A DNA stretch of 64,000 nt from Hyphomonadaceae bacterium (GTDB lineage Bacteria > Pseudomonadota > Alphaproteobacteria > Caulobacterales > Hyphomonadaceae), in NCBI GenBank assembly GCA_022844345.1, contig JALHLU010000015.1, forward strand, positions 9,680 to 73,679. The letters run 5' to 3'. Shown one piece after another: positions 1-6,703 of the stretch. Within the stretch, counting starts at the first letter, position 1, and each line of letters starts with the position of its first letter. The notes below the pieces were generated by a model. The model was not told the origin of the DNA and ran no database searches. It saw only the letters and a list, made by a program, of their open reading frames with translations. The translations under genes were made by a program, and so were the position numbers.

Positions 1-270
1 GAAGCCTGCGCCATGCGCATCCTCGACCAGCGGATCAAGGCCACCTATCCGGAACTCGAAGAAGAAGCTGGCGCCATTCGCGAGTTGCCGACCATGTCGG
101 CCAAGGGCGCCATTGCCAAGATCCAGCTTGGACTGGCCGTCCAGGGTCCCTTCGACTGGCGGGATCACGCGCGCGAACTTCTGGAAGAGGGAGTAAAGGA
201 CCTACGCGACATGATCGGGCTGGAGCGCACCGGTCACGCCCCGGCCCATGACGAAGTTGGCGGCTTTTGA
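1..270 (+). CDS. hypothetical protein, 5'-partial (frame open to window edge)
   Basis: Frame 1 is open from nt 1 (first ATG at 13) to the stop at 268-270. Third-position GC looks coding-like. No motif recognised. The 3' end overlaps ardC convergently by 69 nt, so its reality is uncertain. Confidence 0.3.
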   Translation, partial: EACAMRILDQRIKATYPELEEEAGAIRELPTMSAKGAIAKIQLGLAVQGPFDWRDHARELLEEGVKDLRDMIGLERTGHAPAHDEVGGF

Positions 271-1113
271 AGCCAGCGATGCGGCCTGGAAGATGGCGCG
301 GTTGTCGCCCTTGAGCACGTCGAGCCACGCGCCGATGTAGTCGGCATGGCGGACGGTCGGCGCGATCCCGAGTTCGGCGCAGATGAAAGCCGAGCCCAGC
401 TCTGCGACAAGTTCCTCGCGCGCGTAGGCTTCACCCCCTCGCCTGCCGGAGAAGTCGCGGTTCAGGCGCAACGGATGTCCGGTCCAGTGCGTCAGCTCAT
501 GCAGTTTGGTGCGATACCAGTTGATGGGCTCGAAATAGGCTTCCTGCGGGGGCACCATGATGAAGTCATGTGATGGCGCATAGAACGCCATGTCGCCGCC
601 GACCCGGATGTCGGCGCCCGTCGCGGCGATAACGGCCTCGGCCATCGGGAGCACCTCAGTTCGACCCGGCAAGGGTTTGGCTTCGGGATCAGCCGGCAGC
701 CCATCGCACTGCTCGATATGGAACACCGTGAAGCGCTTCAGAAAACCGACGCGCCGGGCATCTTCTCCGGACGTGCTTGCCTTCTCCTGCTCGGCCTTGG
801 GGATGAAGGTATCGGCGTAGACGACCATCGTGCCCTTCTCCCCCTTGCGCACGGCGCCGCCAAGCGACAGCGCCTGTTTGAAGGTGAGCCAGCGCTGGGA
901 GGGCCTTCCCTGATCCAGCGCGGCCGCCCACAGCAGCAGGATGTTGACGCCGGAATAGGCCCGGCTCGTCGCCGCGTTCAGCGGCAGGCCAAGCGGCGTT
1001 GTTCCCGATGACGCCCACGGTTGCACCCACGGGATACGGCCTTGTTCGAGTTCACGAATGATACGGTTGGTGACGGTGTCGTGCAGCGACACGGTATCAG
1101 CGGCGGCAGCCAT
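202..1113 (-). CDS. ardC: ArdC-like antirestriction protein (ssDNA-binding N-domain plus zincin metalloprotease domain)
   Basis: 303 aa. N-terminal RIPWVQPW-type ArdC-N region and a C-terminal HELTHWTGH (HExxH) motif. This gene is typical of conjugative-element leading regions. Confidence 0.9.
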   Translation of the reverse strand: MAAAADTVSLHDTVTNRIIRELEQGRIPWVQPWASSGTTPLGLPLNAATSRAYSGVNILLLWAAALDQGRPSQRWLTFKQALSLGGAVRKGEKGTMVVYADTFIPKAEQEKASTSGEDARRVGFLKRFTVFHIEQCDGLPADPEAKPLPGRTEVLPMAEAVIAATGADIRVGGDMAFYAPSHDFIMVPPQEAYFEPINWYRTKLHELTHWTGHPLRLNRDFSGRRGGEAYAREELVAELGSAFICAELGIAPTVRHADYIGAWLDVLKGDNRAIFQAASLASKAANFVMGRGVTGALQPDHVA

Positions 1114-1178
1114 GCCGGCCTCCTTGATGATGATTGTCGGACAGGAAGAAGCCGGCGGCTTGCGCCGCCGGCGCTAGC

Positions 1179-1595
1179 TCAAGCCGCGCGCTTGCGCTTT
1201 TGCTTCGGAGTGTCTTCGCCGGCTGCGGCCTGCTCCGCTGGCGCTTCGGCTCTCGGTTTGCCGCGCGCGAGAATTTCGACCTCGCCGAAGCCGGTGACGA
1301 CGAACTCGATCGAGTAGCGCTTCTGGCCGCGCTCATCTTCCCAGGAGCTCGGACGCACCTGACCGACGAGCCGGAGGCGGGTGCCCATCTGCACGGCCTT
1401 CTCGATCAATGCGACCTTCGCTGGCGCGAACACCACGACGCGGTGCCAGTAGGTCTTCTCGTTCCAGTCGCCGCCTTCGGCTTTCCAGCGTTCGGAGGTG
1501 GCGAGCGAGATGATGGCGAGTTTCTTGTCGCCCTTGATCGGCTTGATCTCGAGTTTGCCGACATTGCCGATGAGTTCGAATGATGCGCGATCCAT
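1179..1595 (-). CDS. ssb: single-stranded DNA-binding protein (element-encoded, atypical basic C-terminus)
   Basis: 138 aa with an OB-fold SSB-like N-terminus (FELIGNVGK...WHRVVVF). AAGGAAG RBS 7 nt upstream. The tail is PKQKRKRAA rather than the acidic D-D-I-P-F tip. Confidence 0.8.
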   Translation of the reverse strand: MDRASFELIGNVGKLEIKPIKGDKKLAIISLATSERWKAEGGDWNEKTYWHRVVVFAPAKVALIEKAVQMGTRLRLVGQVRPSSWEDERGQKRYSIEFVVTGFGEVEILARGKPRAEAPAEQAAAGEDTPKQKRKRAA

Positions 1596-1610
1596 GATGC
1601 TCTTCCTTGT

Positions 1611-1624
1611 GATCCCGCGGGATC
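1611..1624. repeat. perfect 14-bp palindrome GATCCCGCGGGATC just upstream of ssb
   Basis: Read directly from the sequence. It lies 16 nt upstream of the ssb start codon. It could be an operator or a hairpin. Confidence 0.5.
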
Positions 1625-2151
1625 AGCCCCGCCGGGGTCGCGTTTGCGACGCCCCTCGGAAGCGGCCGGAAAGCAAGCAGAGCGGTGACCGCGCAAGGGG
1701 TTGGTGCGGCCTGCAGCGCGCAGCGCGAAGCCTCGGCCCCTTGAGCGGGCATGCGCCGGACGCTTGATGGGCGTCACAAGCAAACGCCTCCCCGAAGGCG
1801 ACACGGGAGCAGGAAAAAATCGTGGGGATCGCCCGTCGATCAACCCGGTACGATGCTGCGCACGCGGTTCAGGCGCACGACAAAACGCACAAAGAGTCGC
1901 AGAAAACCCAGGTCGCGTGGGCGCTTTTCCCAATTCAGGCGTGTGCTTATCCCCGCCTCAAAAAGGCCAGTCAGAATGTCGGGAAACACGGCGGTCCACT
2001 AAGCCGCGCCTGCGCGACCGAGCTGCGCGATCGGTGCGTAGAGGTCAGGCGGCGCTGGGCCCACCGTCAATCCGCGTCCCCCTGAACCAGGGAGACACTC
2101 ACGCAGACGTTCCGGCCGAATCAATGGCCGGGGCGTCCAAGGGACGACACG

Positions 2152-2328
2152 ATGAGCCGGCGCAAGCGACCTTCAACGCCCATCCGACCGGCGCCTCTTT
2201 CGGCTGCGGAAGCATCCGTGAAGGTGGCGCGGATCAATCGCTCCACGGCCATAGGCGTCGCGATCATCGGGGCGGCGGCAACCGTTCTCGCTGCGGGAAT
2301 CGGCGTGTGGGTGTTTCATGGCAGGTGA
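2152..2328 (+). CDS. possible 58-aa tail-anchored membrane mini-protein
   Basis: The ATG..TGA frame encodes MSRRKRPSTPIRP...TAIGVAIIGAAATVLAAGIGVWVFHGR, a basic N-terminus followed by one hydrophobic helix. GC3 is high. It falls below the ORF-track length cut-off and I recognise no homologue. Confidence 0.25.
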   Translation: MSRRKRPSTPIRPAPLSAAEASVKVARINRSTAIGVAIIGAAATVLAAGIGVWVFHGR

Positions 2329-2432
2329 GACGTCTGCGACAGGGATTGTCACCCGCATGGGCCGAGACCCCTCGGGGGCTCGGGGCGTAGCCTAAAGCCC
2401 GGCCCGCACGGCGGGGTCGCCCGCGACATCAG

Positions 2433-2780
2433 TTGGCGCCATGCGACCTAGTTATTCGCCTCCTTCCCGCCATGCCTCGACTTCGCATCGGGCGACTGGG
2501 CTTCGAGGCCTACTACACGCGCGAGCAGGATCTCGACGACAATCCGTTCCGGACCGAGAGCAAGCCCTATGTCGAAATCGGCATGATGGGCGAACGCGAC
2601 CGCGGTACATTCAGCGTGTTCGCCAACGCCGAAAACATTCTAGACGTACGCCAGACAGAAAACGATCCTCTCATTCGCCCGGTCCGCGCGCCTGCTGGCA
2701 ACTGGACGTTGGATGCGTGGTCGCCCCTGGAAGGTTTCATCCTGAACGTCGGCATGCGCTTCAAGTTCGGGGCGGAGTGA
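2433..2780 (+). pseudogene. C-terminal fragment of a TonB-dependent receptor
   Basis: Only the last barrel strands are present (FANAENILDVRQTENDPL...LNVGMRFKFGAE). No plug or N-terminal barrel lies upstream. It sits at the backbone/cargo junction. Confidence 0.7.
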
Positions 2781-2802
2781 CCAATGCCAGCTGCTGCTTC
2801 CC

Positions 2803-3207
2803 TCAGCGCGGTGACAACGCGCTGAGGATCCTGCAGTCCGCGATCGTCCCCTGCTTGCACTGACCGATCAGGCCGCTTAGCTCCCGCCGCAGCGCCTTCA
2901 GATCCGAAATCTTCCGATCGATGTCTGCCAGGTGCTCGCGCGCCAGCGCGTCGACGGTGCCGCAATCCTGCTTCTTCTGGTCGGCCAGCGCGAGCAACGC
3001 CCTGACCTGGTCCAACGTGAAGCCAAGGTCCCGCGCCCGGCGGATGAAGCTGAGACGCGCGAGATGGCCGGCAGAATAGGCACGGTAATTCCCGCTTGTC
3101 CGCTTTGGCGCGGGGAGGATGCCGATGCGCTCGTAATACCTGACCGTCTCGACCTTGGTGTCGGTCGCTTCCGCAAGTTCGCCGATCGAATGATAAGCTT
3201 TTTCCAT
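2803..3207 (-). CDS. MerR-family metal-responsive regulator (CadR/ZntR/PbrR-like)
   Basis: 134 aa counted from the internal ATG at 3207. HTH is IGELAEATDTKVETVRYYERIGIL. Cys triad with C-34aa-C-7aa-C spacing. Divergent from a CDF gene. Confidence 0.9.
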   Translation of the reverse strand: MEKAYHSIGELAEATDTKVETVRYYERIGILPAPKRTSGNYRAYSAGHLARLSFIRRARDLGFTLDQVRALLALADQKKQDCGTVDALAREHLADIDRKISDLKALRRELSGLIGQCKQGTIADCRILSALSPR

Positions 3208-3208
3208 G

Positions 3209-3239
3209 TTGACCCTGTACCGACTACAGGGTGCAGATT
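3209..3239 (+). promoter_or_regulatory. MerR-type promoter/operator for the CDF gene
   Basis: TTGACC, then a 19-bp spacer, then CAGATT. The spacer holds the perfect dyad ACCCTGTA-CCGAC-TACAGGGT. A 19-bp spacer is the MerR-family hallmark. Confidence 0.75.
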
Positions 3240-3271
3240 GACGCTCCAGGACGATTTGTCGAGAGCTGAAG

Positions 3272-3925
3272 ATGGCCGGATGTTGCGAACATGATGCCTG
3301 CGCCTCTACCGCAGGCGCGACGGTAGATCCGATATGGCGCCGCGCGCTCTGGGTCGCGCTTGTCGTCAACGCCACGATGTTCGCCGCGGAAATCGTAGCT
3401 GGTTTCGCGGCCAGCTCGTCGGCCCTCCAGGCAGACGCGCTCGATTTCTTCGCCGACGCCGCTAACTATGCGATCAGCCTCAGCGTCGCCGGCATGGGTC
3501 TGGCGGTCCGGTCGCGCACTGCCCTGTTCAAAGGCTTGACGCTTATCCTTCTGGGAGCGTGGGTGATTGGAAGCGCGGGCTGGCGCGCGGCGATGGGCGG
3601 GGCGACCCCGGAGGCGGACGTAATGGGCGTCGTCGGGTTTTTCGCCCTGCTGGCGAATGCGGGCGTGGCCTTGATGCTGTTTCGGTTCCGCCGCGGCGAT
3701 GCCGACAGGCGTTCAGTCTGGATCTGCTCGCGCAACGACGCCATCGGGAATGTGGCCGTCATGCTCGCCGCGCTGGGTGTGTTCGGAACGGGCACGCTGT
3801 GGCCCGATGTCATGGTGGCGGGCATCATGGCGGCTCTGTCGATCACGGGCGGCTGGTCAATCGTCCGGCACGCTCTCTCTGACATGCGCACGCGGCTCGC
3901 CAGCCCGACCGTCGCCGCCGAATAG
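3272..3925 (+). CDS. cation diffusion facilitator transporter, transmembrane domain only
   Basis: 217 aa with six hydrophobic segments (ALQADALDFFADAANY, SVWICSRNDAIGNVAV). N-terminal GCCEHDAC motif. No cytoplasmic C-terminal domain. Confidence 0.85.
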   Translation: MAGCCEHDACASTAGATVDPIWRRALWVALVVNATMFAAEIVAGFAASSSALQADALDFFADAANYAISLSVAGMGLAVRSRTALFKGLTLILLGAWVIGSAGWRAAMGGATPEADVMGVVGFFALLANAGVALMLFRFRRGDADRRSVWICSRNDAIGNVAVMLAALGVFGTGTLWPDVMVAGIMAALSITGGWSIVRHALSDMRTRLASPTVAAE

Positions 3926-3932
3926 CGACGCA

Positions 3933-3993
3933 TGCAGGTTCAGCAGAAATCCTGGCCTGCGTGAGCCGGCTTGAGCTGCAAGCTGAACCTACA
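3933..3993. terminator. inverted repeat between convergent CDF and ATPase genes (possible bidirectional terminator)
   Basis: TGCAGGTTCAGC pairs with GCTGAACCTACA: a 12-bp stem with 1 mismatch and a 37-nt loop. There is no U-tract, so the call is weak. Confidence 0.25.
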
Positions 3994-4008
3994 GCGCATC
4001 GTCAGGCA

Positions 4009-6048
4009 TCAAGCAGCACCCGACGATTGCTGTCTCGCGCCGGTCCGCGGAGTTGCTGACCACGGGTCCCGATAGGCCAGGAGCCGAAGCGCGTTTGCAA
4101 CAACCAGCAAGGTCGAGCCCTCGTGGAAAATGATGGCGGCGCCGATCTGCAGGCCGAACAGGGTCGATGGAATCAGGACCGCGACGACGCCAAGGCTGAC
4201 CCAGAGATTCTGCTTGATGATCGCGCTCGTCTTGCGGCTGAGGCCAACGACAAACGGCAAGTGCGTCAGGTCGTCGGCCATCAAGGCGACATCCGCCGTT
4301 TCAAGCGCGACATCCGATCCGGCGGCGCCCATCGCGATCCCGACGGTCGCCTTCGCGAGCGCGGGTGCGTCGTTGACCCCGTCACCCAGCATTGCGACCT
4401 TGCCTTCCTCCTTCACGAGGTCGCCAATCGCCGTTACCTTGTCCTCAGGCATCAGCCCGCCCTTGGCGTCGGTCAGACCGACTTCTTTCGCGATAGCATC
4501 GCCAACGCTCTGATTGTCGCCCGTCAGCATCACCATTCGTTTGATGCCGAGCTCTCGGAGGCGCGCGATAACCTCCCGCGCTTCCGGCCGGGGCGTATCC
4601 ATCAGGCCAAGAATTCCGAGAAACTCCTGATCCCGACGCACCACCATGACCGTGCGTCCAGCCTGCTCCAGCGCCAGGGCTTTCGCGCGGATATCGTCGG
4701 GCAACGCCGCGCCGCTGCTCCCGTCAAAAAGTCCGGGTTTGCCAATCCAGACTTCCCGGCCGGCCACCCTGCCCTTGACGCCCTTGCCCGTAATTCCTTC
4801 GACCCCGTCAGCTTTCGGCACGTCAACGGCGCCGAGCTTCTCACGTCCGTCGCGCACGACAGCGGCGGCTAGCGGATGATCGCTTAGCTCCTCCACAGCA
4901 ATGGCATGCTGAAGGAGTTCGACCTCCTGTATGGCGCCGAGCGGAATGACATCCGTCAGCCGTGGCTTGCCCTCAGTCAGGGTTCCGGTTTTGTCGAAGG
5001 CGATAGCTTTCAGCGTGCCGAGATTCTCAAGCGGCTCCCCTCCCTTGATCAGAACGCCGCCGCGACCCGCGCGGGCGATGCCGCTCAGGATCGCGCTTGG
5101 CACCGAGATGGCGAGGGCGCACGGGCTGGCCGCAACGAGAACCGCCATCGCGCGATAGAAACTTGCCGCAAAAGGCTCGTCGATGACGGTCCAGGCAAAC
5201 ATCAGGAGCGACACACCGATCAAGACAGCCGGCACGAAGATGCGTTCCAGACGGTCGGTAAACTGTTGAGTCGGCGAGCGCTGCGACTGCGCCTCGGCCA
5301 CAAGCTTTGCAACGCGCGCCAGGGTCGATTCCTGCGCCAGCCGCGCAACCCATACTTCGAGCGCGCCGGGTCCGTTGATCGTGCCTGCGAAGACTTTCGT
5401 CTCCGGACCAGCCTTGGCGAAGTCGTCGGCTGACGGGAGTGGTGAAGCAAACGGCCGCTTGTCGACCGGGACACTCTCCCCTGTTACCGGCGATTGATCG
5501 ATGCTGCTCTCGCCGACAATGACCAGGCCATCGGCCGGCAGGCGTTCGTTCGGTTTGACGATGACGATGTCGCCAACCACCAGCTGGGCCACAGGTATTT
5601 GCTCTGTCACGGCTCCGCGCCGCACGATCGCGAGTTCCGGAGCCAGTTTTCCCAGGGCTTCGATGGCTTTGCGCGCGCGACCCATCGCATAGCCTTCGAG
5701 CGCGTGGCCGAGACTGAAGAGCGCAAGCAGGAGCGCCCCTTCCGACCAGTGCCCAAGGATCGCCGCTCCTATCGCTGCTGCGATCATCAGCGTGTCGATC
5801 TCGAAGCGGCCGCGCCTCAGATTGTCGAGCGCTTCGCGAACGGTAAAGAAGCCACCCAGCAGATAGGCGGCGGCGTAGGCTACGATTGCGGGCTCTTTGG
5901 CCCAGGCAGTTTCGACCAGCCATCCAATCGCCAAGGCAACAGCGGACAGGATTGCGAAGGCCAGCTCAGTGCGTTCGCCCAGAATTCCCCCGTGGACGTG
6001 TTCGTCGTTGGGATGATTGGAACCCTCAGCGTGATTGTGGTCAGCCAT
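4009..6048 (-). CDS. P1B-4-type heavy-metal ATPase (Co/Zn/Cd class, CzcP/CoaT-like)
   Basis: 679 aa with DKTGTLT and [11 protein letters not shown] motif (VAASPCALAIS) instead of CPC, and HEGSTLLVV in the last TM helix. His-rich N-terminus (HNHAEGSNHPNDEHVH) and no HMA domain. Confidence 0.9.
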   Translation of the reverse strand: MADHNHAEGSNHPNDEHVHGGILGERTELAFAILSAVALAIGWLVETAWAKEPAIVAYAAAYLLGGFFTVREALDNLRRGRFEIDTLMIAAAIGAAILGHWSEGALLLALFSLGHALEGYAMGRARKAIEALGKLAPELAIVRRGAVTEQIPVAQLVVGDIVIVKPNERLPADGLVIVGESSIDQSPVTGESVPVDKRPFASPLPSADDFAKAGPETKVFAGTINGPGALEVWVARLAQESTLARVAKLVAEAQSQRSPTQQFTDRLERIFVPAVLIGVSLLMFAWTVIDEPFAASFYRAMAVLVAASPCALAISVPSAILSGIARAGRGGVLIKGGEPLENLGTLKAIAFDKTGTLTEGKPRLTDVIPLGAIQEVELLQHAIAVEELSDHPLAAAVVRDGREKLGAVDVPKADGVEGITGKGVKGRVAGREVWIGKPGLFDGSSGAALPDDIRAKALALEQAGRTVMVVRRDQEFLGILGLMDTPRPEAREVIARLRELGIKRMVMLTGDNQSVGDAIAKEVGLTDAKGGLMPEDKVTAIGDLVKEEGKVAMLGDGVNDAPALAKATVGIAMGAAGSDVALETADVALMADDLTHLPFVVGLSRKTSAIIKQNLWVSLGVVAVLIPSTLFGLQIGAAIIFHEGSTLLVVANALRLLAYRDPWSATPRTGARQQSSGAA

Positions 6049-6119
6049 GAGTTGGGCGCCTTAGGATATGCCGCCGACATCGCGTGCGAGCGTGTGACTG
6101 CTCTGCAGGCGCGTGCCGG

Positions 6120-6536
6120 TCAGTCAGAGAAATGAACCGCGCCCGCCACGACCTTGAGGCGGACTCGCGCGATAGCGTCACCGTTCGGAGACGCGAAGGT
6201 TGTCCTGAATGTCGCGGAGTGGCGAGCTCTCAGAGAGGCGATGGAGTTCCATGGAACCTCCCGCGCTTCGAGTATGGCGCCCGACTGGCTGATCGTCTCC
6301 GCATGGAGGTGTTCGTTGAAGGGCTTGTTGGGTCCGCGTGGGCGGGTCACAGATCCTGAAACGTCGACGCCTGTATCCGTGCGTGTGGACGAAACACCCC
6401 AGAGCTCGACCAGCTTTCCCTGAACGATGTCGACCGGGACAGGCGCAATGCTGACCGGCGCTGTGGCGCATCCTGCGACAAACGACAGTACCCCAGTAGC
6501 CACGAGCGTTTTCCATCTCGGCCGCACCCCCGCCAT
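6120..6536 (-). CDS. small lipoprotein of unknown function downstream of czcA (paralogue of 20346-20771)
   Basis: 138 aa counted from the ATG at 6536. Signal peptide plus lipobox (LSFVAGC). Motifs shared with the paralogue: PV..V.G....WGV, EH[LV]H.E, and a C-terminal H..D. Confidence 0.65.
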   Translation of the reverse strand: MAGVRPRWKTLVATGVLSFVAGCATAPVSIAPVPVDIVQGKLVELWGVSSTRTDTGVDVSGSVTRPRGPNKPFNEHLHAETISQSGAILEAREVPWNSIASLRARHSATFRTTFASPNGDAIARVRLKVVAGAVHFSD

Positions 6537-6703
6537 GAGGGCAAGGCAGGAATGTCGGGTCTCCACAGTCGTAGACCCTGCGTCGCGATTAATGCCTTCC
6601 ATCTGAGGTCGCTCCATCTTCCCTGGCTTGATGCAGAGCCATCCGAGATCGGGGCTCCCACAAGAATTCTTGGATCTCTCGTCGATGCCTCTGATCCATG
6701 ACC

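Noticed and set aside
1701-2390. 229-aa ORF filling the ssb/TonB-fragment spacer
   Set aside because: The translation is low-complexity and Arg/Gly/Pro-rich, with no RBS or recognisable domain. I treated it as non-coding, apart from the separate 58-aa mini-ORF, which is flagged at low confidence.
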